In this document: one piece after another, positions 47,680 to 55,165 of the stretch | How positions within the stretch are numbered: the first letter of the stretch is position 1 | Layout of the letters: each line of letters opens with the position of its first letter | Assembly (NCBI GenBank): GCA_020631855.1 | Contig: JACKGU010000002.1 | Span: forward strand, 234,615-298,614 | Direction: 5' to 3' | Length of the DNA: 64,000 bases | DNA from: Candidatus Nomurabacteria bacterium | GTDB taxonomy: Bacteria; Patescibacteriota; WWE3; UBA101185; UBA10185 | Notes under the pieces: generated by a model | Told to the model about the DNA's origin: nothing | The model's input: the letters and a program-made list of their open reading frames with translations, nothing else | Database searches by the model: none | Made by a program: the position numbers and the translations under genes

Positions 47680-48030
47680 CTATTGCAATAGCGGGAGTGT
47701 ATAACAGTAAAGATATGTTGGCGATACAAAAAACAAGTAACACTTTAGTTTATAGTCGGAATAAGCAATGCGATTTGAATACAAATAGTATCTTATAGCT
47801 CGAGACATGGCCTGCCTCTTTCTGTAATTAATGAGCCTTTCTACATCAGTTTCGCAATCCCGTCTATACTTAACCTCCACAAAAGCTATAAGGTCTCTTT
47901 TCTTCGCAACCACATCCAATTCTCCCCACCTGCAAGTCCAGTTCTTATCCAGTAAGGAAAAGCCCAAAGAACTTAAATGGTCGCACACCTTAGACTCTGC
48001 GCCACGACCTATTTTTCTTGTTTTGTGCAT
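47680..48030 (-). CDS. yraN: YraN/UPF0102 family endonuclease-like protein
   Basis: GAESKVCDHLSSLGFSLLDKNWTCRWGELDVVAKKRDLIAFVEVKYRR matches the UPF0102 pattern (G..aE..A..yL...G..il.rN.r...GEiDlva......fVEVK.R). Confidence 0.6.
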   Translation of the reverse strand: MHKTRKIGRGAESKVCDHLSSLGFSLLDKNWTCRWGELDVVAKKRDLIAFVEVKYRRDCETDVERLINYRKRQAMSRAIRYYLYSNRIAYSDYKLKCYLFFVSPTYLYCYTLPLLQ

Positions 48031-48102
48031 ATAAAAATTTTATTAAAAGAGTGAGAATAAATGACGGGAGAATGCTAGTAAAAATAGATTAAGCGGGCAT
48101 AA

Positions 48103-50004
48103 CTATTGCTCTAAAATAGAATCTTCAGGTACATCTTCAACAACGCCGACAGCCGATTCTTCCTTTGGAGCCTCGGGGTCTTCAGATATCAACTGGGGGG
48201 ACTTTAACGGCTCTACGGCAGAAGGATCATCGGGGGCTATACCATAGTAATTAACAAGGTCGTTTGCTATTTGCATCCACAAAGGAACAGCTGTCTCAGA
48301 TGCATATGTACTGGAGCTGGGTTCTTGTAATTTCACAAGCATTGTAAACTTTTTAGAGGTTGGTAAATAACCGATAAAAGTGGCGTTAGTTTTTGAAGGA
48401 TCGTATTTTCCATTAACCGGAATTTGGGCTGTACCGGTCTTTCCGGCAATATCGTATCCCTTTAAATTGAAGTACCTGGATTCACCGCCGCTGACGGCCT
48501 GAGTCAACATGCCGGTCATTGTCGCTGAAGCTTCTTTGGATATAACTCTGCGTAAAACTTGGGCGGGAATATCAATTACTCTGTCGCTTTCTATAATTTT
48601 CTGAACAATTCGGGGGCGCATTAGATTACCTCCGTTAACAATTGAATTAAAGGCATTAAGAACCTGCAGAGGCGTCGCAGACATGCCTTGGCCAAACGAC
48701 ATTGTAGCTAAATCGATGTCGGTCAAAGTATCCGCATCCTTTATTAAACCGGTGTCCTCTCCCTCAAGCTCAATGCCGGTTACATTTCCTAAACCGAAGT
48801 TTCTAAAATACTCCACTATGCTGCTAGCTCCAACCAAATGGCCCACCCATGCCGCGCCAATGTTATTTGACTTTTGCAAGAGCTGAACTATTGTTTGAAC
48901 ACCGTGATGCCTTCCATCCCAGTTATTTATAGTGTAATCAGAATAAACAACAGGGCCTGCATCAACAAAAGTAGATTCTGGAACGATCTTTCCCAGATCA
49001 ATGCCCGCAGAAACCGTCAAAGATTTAATTACAGATCCCGGCTCATAGGTCTGAGATATTGCTAAATTGGTTCGTTCAATCTTCTTCTTGCCACCTTCAA
49101 GATTTTCTTCTTCGGACATACCGAAATCACTGAAATCAGTCGGATCGTACGTTGGATAATTAGCCATAGCAATAACATCTCCGGTAAAAGGGTCCATAAC
49201 AATAACACTGCCGGAAATTGCGCCGTATGTTTCAACCCCCTCCTTCAATCTGCTTTCCACCATGTACTGCACCGCGCGATTAATTGAAAGCGATATATCC
49301 CTGCCATCTATAGAGTCTATTCGTTTATAACCTCCAACCAAAATAGGGTTCCCAAGAGCATCGCGTTCCTCTACTATTCTACCGGGGCGACCTTGTAAAT
49401 CTCCGTTCAGCGCACCTTCTATTCCAAAGTAACCCTGAGGGTTCCCTTCTTCATTACTAGCTACAAAACCCAAAACATGAGAAGCTAAAGAACCTTCCGG
49501 GTAGTACCTTGCGGGCTGTTCTTCAAAACCAATGCCTGTAATTCCCAAGCTCTCTATTGCGGCCTTCTGATCAGGATCCAAGCCGCTCGCTAACCTTACC
49601 CAATATAAATCTAAATTTAAGGAGTCATAGATTTTTGCATAAGTTTTTTCTTTATATTCAAGGCGACTGCGTTCATCTTCAAAGACAACAAAGCTTGTTA
49701 AAGTTTCGGATAGGCGCTGGGCTGCATCGTTTATATTAAGCAATACCTTTGGCTGAGCATACAATAAAAATGAAACTTGGGTTGTGGCTAATTTATAGGA
49801 GTCACTACTTAAAATATCTCCCCTTTTGGCGGGTATTTCTTGCAAATTCCAATACTGATCCTGAGCTAAAGCTTTATACTTTTCGTGCCCCAAAACTTGT
49901 ATGAAAAAAAGCCTAACAATAAGAACTAAAACGCCTAGAGAAGCGGTCAACTGTAAAATATAGATTCTGCTATTGTTGCTTGTGGGCGAAATCGGTCTTC
50001 TCAT
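48103..50004 (-). CDS. ftsI: Class B penicillin-binding protein (FtsI/PBP2-type transpeptidase)
   Basis: N-terminal TM segment, PBP dimerisation region, and a transpeptidase domain with SxxK-like (PGSVIKS), SxN and KTGT motifs. It lies downstream of ftsL in an mraZ-rsmH-ftsL-ftsI operon. Confidence 0.8.
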   Translation of the reverse strand: MRRPISPTSNNSRIYILQLTASLGVLVLIVRLFFIQVLGHEKYKALAQDQYWNLQEIPAKRGDILSSDSYKLATTQVSFLLYAQPKVLLNINDAAQRLSETLTSFVVFEDERSRLEYKEKTYAKIYDSLNLDLYWVRLASGLDPDQKAAIESLGITGIGFEEQPARYYPEGSLASHVLGFVASNEEGNPQGYFGIEGALNGDLQGRPGRIVEERDALGNPILVGGYKRIDSIDGRDISLSINRAVQYMVESRLKEGVETYGAISGSVIVMDPFTGDVIAMANYPTYDPTDFSDFGMSEEENLEGGKKKIERTNLAISQTYEPGSVIKSLTVSAGIDLGKIVPESTFVDAGPVVYSDYTINNWDGRHHGVQTIVQLLQKSNNIGAAWVGHLVGASSIVEYFRNFGLGNVTGIELEGEDTGLIKDADTLTDIDLATMSFGQGMSATPLQVLNAFNSIVNGGNLMRPRIVQKIIESDRVIDIPAQVLRRVISKEASATMTGMLTQAVSGGESRYFNLKGYDIAGKTGTAQIPVNGKYDPSKTNATFIGYLPTSKKFTMLVKLQEPSSSTYASETAVPLWMQIANDLVNYYGIAPDDPSAVEPLKSPQLISEDPEAPKEESAVGVVEDVPEDSILEQ

Positions 50005-50023
50005 GTAACTCTATAATATCAAA

Positions 50024-50350
50024 CTATTGAGTCAAAGATGCAGTTTGTACAACAGGGCTAAGGGCATACACATAAGCGGTATTTCTCTGAAATCCTTGCT
50101 CCTGGGCTTGTTTTTCAATGTATGACAAAGACGAATACTTAGCGGATTCAAGTTCCAGCTCCGATATTTCCGACAACAAAGAAGTTTTTTCTCTCATTAG
50201 TGCGGACATCTCTTTACCCTTTACAGCTAAATTATTGGATATGCTAAGCTGAAATATTAAACTTAGCGTAAAAATCAAAACACAAACAGCAAGCATAGCT
50301 TTGCAGAAATCGAATGTGCTTTTGTTTGTTTTTTTATATCTATAATCCAT
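50024..50350 (-). CDS. ftsL: FtsL-like cell division protein (bitopic, coiled coil)
   Basis: 108 aa with a single TM segment (CVLIFTLSLIFQLSI) and a coiled-coil tail. Its position between rsmH and ftsI matches the dcw order. Confidence 0.5.
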   Translation of the reverse strand: MDYRYKKTNKSTFDFCKAMLAVCVLIFTLSLIFQLSISNNLAVKGKEMSALMREKTSLLSEISELELESAKYSSLSYIEKQAQEQGFQRNTAYVYALSPVVQTASLTQ

Positions 50351-50351
50351 A

Positions 50352-51254
50352 CTAAGCTACTCTTTCAAAAACTCTTAATTTGGCGCTTCTTGCGCGTCTG
50401 TTGTTTCTCACTTCCCCGTCGGAAGGGACTAAAGGCTTTTTAGTTAAACTATCAAGCCGTATTTCACTAGCAGGCCGCATGTATTGTCGACCAAAATCTT
50501 TGACGACCTTATCTTCGAGCGAATGAAAACTAATTACAGCCATTCGCCCCCTAGGCAGTTTTAATAAACATGCGGCCTGAGGCAGTGAATTTTCAAGATT
50601 TGCCAATTCATCATTGACAACTATTCGCAGGGCTTGAAATACTCTAGTGGCAGGATGAATTCTGCCCTTTTCATAGCCCGAAGGAGCTTCACTAACCAAA
50701 AGATCAACAAGATCTCTAATTACATTAAACTTCTTCGATCCACGAAACCTAACTATGGCAACAGCGAACTTTTTCGCCATGCGCTCACCCCCAAAGACGT
50801 AAAACATCTGCGCCAACTGCTGTTCCGAAAGAGTATTCAGAAGATCAGCCGCTGTTACACCCAAATTTTTATCTAGCCTCATGTCCAGCGGAGCATCTAG
50901 TTCATTTGTAAAACTAATTCCCGACTCTCCCGACTCAACCTGAGAAGAACTAAAACCGAGATCATAAATTATCCCATCAACATCTGTAAAACCATTCTCA
51001 AGAGCAATAGCGAGTATATCTTTAAAATTTCCCTTTACCCCAATAAAATTCTTATCCAGCCTCTCCTCCTTAAGGCGCTCTTCGGCTCTACTTAGAGAGA
51101 ATTCATTACAATCAATACCAAGGACAAAACATCCTTTTTCAAGCAATTTAGAGGCATGCCCAGCATCTCCAAGAGTACAATCAATGTACTTTCCGCCTTT
51201 TATGGGCGCCATATAAGTTAAAATTTCACTCTCAAATACAGGTGTGTGATACAT
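50352..51254 (-). CDS. rsmH: 16S rRNA (cytosine1402-N4)-methyltransferase RsmH (MraW)
   Basis: HTPVFESEIL...YIDCTLGDAGHA...DLGFSSSQVE...RMAVISFHSLEDKVVK are canonical MraW motifs. Confidence 0.85.
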   Translation of the reverse strand: MYHTPVFESEILTYMAPIKGGKYIDCTLGDAGHASKLLEKGCFVLGIDCNEFSLSRAEERLKEERLDKNFIGVKGNFKDILAIALENGFTDVDGIIYDLGFSSSQVESGESGISFTNELDAPLDMRLDKNLGVTAADLLNTLSEQQLAQMFYVFGGERMAKKFAVAIVRFRGSKKFNVIRDLVDLLVSEAPSGYEKGRIHPATRVFQALRIVVNDELANLENSLPQAACLLKLPRGRMAVISFHSLEDKVVKDFGRQYMRPASEIRLDSLTKKPLVPSDGEVRNNRRARSAKLRVFERVA

Positions 51255-51260
51255 TTCAAC

Positions 51261-51671
51261 CTAACTCGGCAAGTTCTTCGATAAATTTTCAAGGTACGCT
51301 TCCCAGATGGAAGTGTTCCATATTTCAATGTGATCTCCTGCTCCAATTACTGTTGTTTCTTTGTCAAGCTGAGCATAGACCTTTAGATTAGAAGGTAAAA
51401 CAATCCGACCTTGCGAATCAATTGCAGCTTCAGCGGCACCGGCATACATATATCTTTTAAGGTCTCTGGTTCTAGCCTCGGTTATTGAACCCGAAAGCTG
51501 TTTTTGAGATTCTTCGAGCCAGTCATTTTTATCGTAAATAAAAACGCACTGCTCAAAACCTCTAGAGAGAACAACCTCATCTCCTAAAATCTGGTCACGT
51601 AGTTTTTTAGGCAGGGCGAGCCTTGAACCCTCAGTAATATTCGGTTGATACTCCCCTAAAAACATTTTCAT
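51261..51671 (-). CDS. mraZ: Transcriptional regulator MraZ
   Basis: MFLGEYQPNITEGSRLALPKKLRD...GRIVLPSNLKVYAQL shows the two MraZ DXXXR-like repeats. It is the first gene of the dcw operon. Confidence 0.8.
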   Translation of the reverse strand: MKMFLGEYQPNITEGSRLALPKKLRDQILGDEVVLSRGFEQCVFIYDKNDWLEESQKQLSGSITEARTRDLKRYMYAGAAEAAIDSQGRIVLPSNLKVYAQLDKETTVIGAGDHIEIWNTSIWEAYLENLSKNLPS

Positions 51672-51849
51672 AAATATTAGACTTTAATGAGCAGACAAAA
51701 TGCTTGTGAAATCTATAGATATTCACCAGCATTCACCATGTACATCCAATATGCACCAATTTTATCCCAAGGTCAATACAAAGATTACCCGAAGATTGAA
51801 AGGAGATGACTTGAAAGTGAAATTTTAAAACTCTGTTCTCGGAACTTTT

Positions 51850-52052
51850 TCCTGCTGATGCTTTTAGAATGTTGGCGCATCTACACTTTTACTCCTTTCA
51901 GCCTTCGCCGATAAGCTAAAAGCTGAAGAACGTCAACCGCACCGGCTTATGCATGTGTTTTTCTGTAATTTCTTTGCGCTGCGAAGCACAACATGTTGGG
52001 TAAACTACATCTACTAGCTTACGCAAGCAGTTTCAAGTAACGGAACTATAAG
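51850..52052 (+). repeat. Copy R6: diverged full-length element (the 5' module is recognisable from ...cgataagctaaaagctgaag...)
   Basis: ...ccgataagctaaaagctgaagaacgtcaaccgcaccggcttatgcatgtgtttttctgtaatttctttgcgctgcgaagcacaacatgttgggtaaactacatctactagcttacgcaagcagtttcaagtaacggaactataag. It lies upstream of mraZ, at the left edge of the GC-rich island. The 5' boundary is uncertain. Confidence 0.55.
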
Positions 52053-52112
52053 TAATGAAAAAGGAGGGGATTCAGGAAAACCTGTAATGCAAGGCCTTCC
52101 CTCCGCCCCCCC

Positions 52113-52508
52113 TTAGAAAAAATAGTTCAGCAGGTAGTAAATACCACCTGCTGCCAAGACCCCCATTACCACAACGACAAACAGGCAACAACCGTTGCCA
52201 TCGTCGCCGGGTGACGGCGGTATTATATCTTCCATGCTCCAGCCAGATCGCCGGAGCGCAACTATGACAAGCAATGCAGCTATGCCTAGCGCAAACGCTA
52301 GGACAAAGGCATTGCCTGCCCAGACGAGGAGACCCTCGTCCTTTTCCTCGACCACAGCGGGCGCTGTGGTCGGAGTAATTTGCTCAGCCACCGTAGTGGT
52401 GGGCTGGGCAACTTTGGTTTTCGGCGGCTGCGCCACCAAAAACACACCCACGGCACAAATGGCCATGGGTATAAGTAGGGTCGCTACCGACCCTATAAGT
52501 TTTTTCAT
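52113..52508 (-). CDS. Small secreted/membrane protein of unknown function, encoded in GC-rich DNA
   Basis: Strong SD (GGAGGG-aaaa-ATG), signal peptide MKKLIGSVATLLIPMAICAVGVFLV, a Pro/Thr-rich linker and two C-terminal TM helices. Local GC is about 55-60% against about 38% around it, and the codon usage looks atypical for the window. Confidence 0.4.
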   Translation of the reverse strand: MKKLIGSVATLLIPMAICAVGVFLVAQPPKTKVAQPTTTVAEQITPTTAPAVVEEKDEGLLVWAGNAFVLAFALGIAALLVIVALRRSGWSMEDIIPPSPGDDGNGCCLFVVVVMGVLAAGGIYYLLNYFF

Positions 52509-52559
52509 TTTTCCCTCCAGGGAAATTCGCTCCGAGGAGACATTTCGGCCGAAGCCTTA

Positions 52560-53060
52560 ATGTCGGAGCCAGGCTTTAATGTAGCCTGCCTATTTTGCCG
52601 AGGAAAAGATTGGCAGGGATAGGTCCCTTTTGGGAATTTGGTGGCTGGCGCCACGCTCCTTACACCCTATAGGGGGTCGGGACATCCAAAGATGCGGGTT
52701 ACACCGCACCGGTCCCTGGGTGTAAGGTCTTTCCCTGGTCGTTAACGTAGACCATCGGCAGATGCAAGCATCTTTGCTGCACGTCAGGGTAACCCATAGC
52801 TGTTTTCTCACAGCTATCCCTCTCGATGGGGTTTTCTGCTCTTGGGCTTTCCTACGCTTCATTGCGCCGGAAACTTCCCTCACCTACCTTTACGCCGCAG
52901 GGGCGTTCAGATAACTGCCCTGGGGGCGGTGCTCCTTAACGCACCAGAGATCTATCGCGTCTCCTTGGCGCCACTGTTGCTAAAATCTTTGATTAGTGGG
53001 ATCAAAGAAGTTGAGTTATCGAACAAATAATGTTTTGGTCGGCAATTCAACTTTTTTGAT
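52560..53060. other. GC-rich, hairpin-dense ~0.5 kb non-coding region: candidate structured RNA or leader of the 52113-52508 gene
   Basis: No convincing ORF; about 55-60% GC. Local stem-loops include GACAUU-aa-GGC-uucg-GCC-g-AAAUGUC and an RBS-sequestering UCCCUGGAGGGA just upstream of the small gene. Two copies of a GGUGC(G)UUAAGGAGC(A)CC-like motif occur (52640-52670, 52925-52955). A terminator-like hairpin plus U-tract lies on the plus strand at ~53010-53065. Identity unresolved. Confidence 0.3.
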
Positions 53061-53176
53061 GCTGAGAATTAAGAAAAACAGGCAGCAAAAAAAGGTTTCT
53101 TATAATGTTATAGGTTAATTATACGCCTAATGAAGCGTTTTGTAAATATTATAGGTCCTTTACGGGGGGGGGGAGG

Positions 53177-54523
53177 TTACCCGAGCTCGTCGATTCTTAA
53201 GCGTCTTTGTGAAGCTGTATCGCGATCTCTGATAGTCACAGTTTCATCCTCTAAGGTCTGAAAATCGACTGTAATGCAATAGGGAGTCCCTATTTCGTCT
53301 TGGCTATAGTACCTTTTTCCAATATTTCCTCGATCATCCCAAGCCACATTATAGCCTTTGGTAACTAGAGTGTTGTATATTAGCCGAGCTTTATCCACAA
53401 GCTCGGGTTTATTCTTTAAAAGCGGGAAAACAGCATACCTATAGGGTGCTATATCTGGGTGCAGTTTCAGAACTACTCGTTCTTCTTCCTCAACATAAGC
53501 ATCAAACAACAACACCAACATAAGTCTATTAAGCCCTATGGAGTACTCAACGACATGGGGAACATATTTCTCCCCTGTTACAGGGTCGGTGTAATCTAGA
53601 TTAGTTCCCGAAAATTCCGCATGGCGACTTAAGTCCCAGTCGCTTCTGTAGTGAAGGCCTTGAAATTCTTTCCAACCAAAAGGAAATCTATACTCAACGT
53701 CTGTAGCTATCTTATTGTAATGAGCCCGCTCCTTAAAGTCTTGGTCGCGCAGCCTGAGCTTATCTTCAGGAATTCCCAAACTTACTAACCAGTCTATAGC
53801 CCAAGATTTCAATTTCGCCATTTGATTTTCGGCATCTGAAGGATGCACATACAGTTCCATTTCCATTTGTTCAAATTCCCGCGTTCTAAAAAAGAAAGGG
53901 CCGACCTTTATCTCATTTCTAAACGCCTTGCCTATTTGAGCTATTCCAAAAGGTATTTTCATTCTCATGGAATCTCGAACTAAAGCGTAGTTATAAAAAA
54001 TGGGCTGACATGTTTCTCCTCTTAAATAAGCGGTTGCTTTAGCGTCTTCTAGTGTACCTATTGAGACCTCAACTAAACTATTGAATTTTCTTGCTTTTGA
54101 AAGCTTATTTCCATCGGGGCTTAAAATGTTATTTTCAGCAATTAAAATATCCAGCTCCTCAAGACTCATGCCGTCAGCATTAAACTCCTCTCCGTTTTTT
54201 TTCTCAAAGTATTCCCCAATAATGTGGTCGGCTCGATATCTTTTATTGTTTTTTATATCTTCAACCATTGCATCGGCAAAGGATTCAACGTGCCCGCTAG
54301 CCTCCCATACCCTCGGGTGAGATATAATTGCACTATCTAGCCCCACTATGTTTGGTTGTTTATGCACAAACTCTTTCCACCATAAATTTCTGATGTTTCT
54401 TAGCATTTCAGCTCCTAGAGGACCAAAGTCGTAAGCGGCTTCCCACCCACCATAGATTTCTGAGGATTGAAAAACAAAACCTCTTCGTTTGCATAAACTT
54501 GTTATTTTTTGAACCGCGTCCAT
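53177..54523 (-). CDS. glyQS: Glycine--tRNA ligase, homodimeric (archaeal/eukaryote-like) type
   Basis: The N-terminus RRGFVFQSSEIYGGWEAAYDFGPLG, the class II motifs (FRNE...) and the anticodon-binding C-domain identify a dimeric GlyRS. 448 aa. Confidence 0.85.
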   Translation of the reverse strand: MDAVQKITSLCKRRGFVFQSSEIYGGWEAAYDFGPLGAEMLRNIRNLWWKEFVHKQPNIVGLDSAIISHPRVWEASGHVESFADAMVEDIKNNKRYRADHIIGEYFEKKNGEEFNADGMSLEELDILIAENNILSPDGNKLSKARKFNSLVEVSIGTLEDAKATAYLRGETCQPIFYNYALVRDSMRMKIPFGIAQIGKAFRNEIKVGPFFFRTREFEQMEMELYVHPSDAENQMAKLKSWAIDWLVSLGIPEDKLRLRDQDFKERAHYNKIATDVEYRFPFGWKEFQGLHYRSDWDLSRHAEFSGTNLDYTDPVTGEKYVPHVVEYSIGLNRLMLVLLFDAYVEEEERVVLKLHPDIAPYRYAVFPLLKNKPELVDKARLIYNTLVTKGYNVAWDDRGNIGKRYYSQDEIGTPYCITVDFQTLEDETVTIRDRDTASQRRLRIDELG

Positions 54524-54678
54524 GGAACTATCCTACCATAACCATAAGCAGTATTAAATCCCATTTTAAATACAATCAGCAGCGGGTTTTACCCATCTCA
54601 AAAGGTGTTTGAGTACTTTGTTGATTTTTTGAGACCCGGACCCATAAGATAAGAGTAAAAAACGTGCTTTTACAAAAT

Positions 54679-54800
54679 AATCAACTGCCGCTAGCTCACT
54701 CAGGCGGGTTACTGTAGTCTCATTACGCTTCAAAGCCAACATTTCGGGCAAAGTACATCTTCTAGCCTATGCAAGTGGTTTTGAATAACTAAACTATAAA
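54679..54800 (+). repeat. Copy R7: diverged 3' module
   Basis: aatcaactgccgctagctcactcaggcgggttactgtagtctcattacgcttcaaagccaacatttcgggcaaagtacatcttctagcctatgcaagtggttttgaataactaaactataaa. It lies in the divergent region between glyQS and the small gene paired with the Y-family polymerase. Confidence 0.5.
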
Positions 54801-54805
54801 AGCAC

Positions 54806-54834
54806 TTGACATAATAGCCCCCTTCGGGTTATAT
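54806..54834 (+). promoter_or_regulatory. Promoter TTGACA-N17-TTATAT, with the ATG 7 nt after the -10 (leaderless)
   Basis: cacTTGACAtaatagcccccttcgggTTATATtcggtatATG: -35 at 54806-54811, -10 at 54829-54834, ATG at 54842. Confidence 0.45.
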
Positions 54835-54841
54835 TCGGTAT

Positions 54842-55165
54842 ATGTACGAGGCGCTAAATCAACCTATAGAAGTATTGATTTCCTTTACCAAAAATGGCCC
54901 CATACCGACAAGTTTCATATGGAAAAAGAAGGAATACTACATCCAAGAATTAAATTTTATATATAAAGAAAAAAGAGGAAATGAAACAATTCACTACTTT
55001 ATGGTCTCTGATGACTCTGCGGCGTATAAGCTATGTTTTGAAACCGAGAGCCTGAGATGGTTACTTATGGAGGTATATGATACGCTGCAACCGGAGAACG
55101 GCGTTTCTGCAGTAAAAGAAAGAATAACTATAACTTATGCGAGACAGAATAATATTACATGTTGA
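54842..55165 (+). CDS. Small hypothetical protein overlapping the start of the Y-family polymerase gene (possible polymerase accessory factor)
   Basis: 107 aa with no recognised motif. Its 3' end overlaps dinB by 29 nt, which suggests translational coupling. The layout resembles the yolD-uvrX / yqjX-yqjW pairs in Firmicutes, but that is inference only. Confidence 0.35.
   Translation: MYEALNQPIEVLISFTKNGPIPTSFIWKKKEYYIQELNFIYKEKRGNETIHYFMVSDDSAAYKLCFETESLRWLLMEVYDTLQPENGVSAVKERITITYARQNNITC

Noticed and set aside
52970-52976. GCCACTG (B12-box-like heptamer) on the plus strand within the GC-rich region, considered as a possible cobalamin riboswitch.
   Set aside because: The other conserved riboswitch segments (AAnnGGGAA and GGUGnAAnUCC) are not found in the right order, and no plus-strand gene lies downstream for it to regulate.
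52195-53030. Three ORFs (121, 97 and 62 aa) tracked inside the GC-rich island.
   Set aside because: One is antisense to the SD-bearing small membrane-protein gene, and the others lie in hairpin-dense GC-rich DNA. High GC suppresses stop codons, so long open frames there are expected by chance. They are treated as non-coding.
52560-53060. RNase P RNA, tmRNA or SRP RNA identity for the GC-rich structured region.
   Set aside because: Only fragmentary resemblances appear (GGUGCGUUAAGGAGCACC against RNase P GGUGCGGUAAGAGCGCACC; GGGAAAGACC against GGAAAGUCC), and they occur in an order inconsistent with any of these RNAs. It is kept only as an unidentified candidate pending a cmscan.
54566-54751. 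A 61-aa minus-strand ORF between glyQS and the yolD-like gene.
   Set aside because: It lies entirely within repeat copy R7 and the adjacent promoter region, and has no RBS or promoter of its own. Most likely spurious.
355-54800. The dispersed repeats as a CRISPR array.
   Set aside because: The copies are 100-230 nt long, degenerate, and 3-15 kb apart. There is no short regular repeat-spacer periodicity and there are no cas genes.
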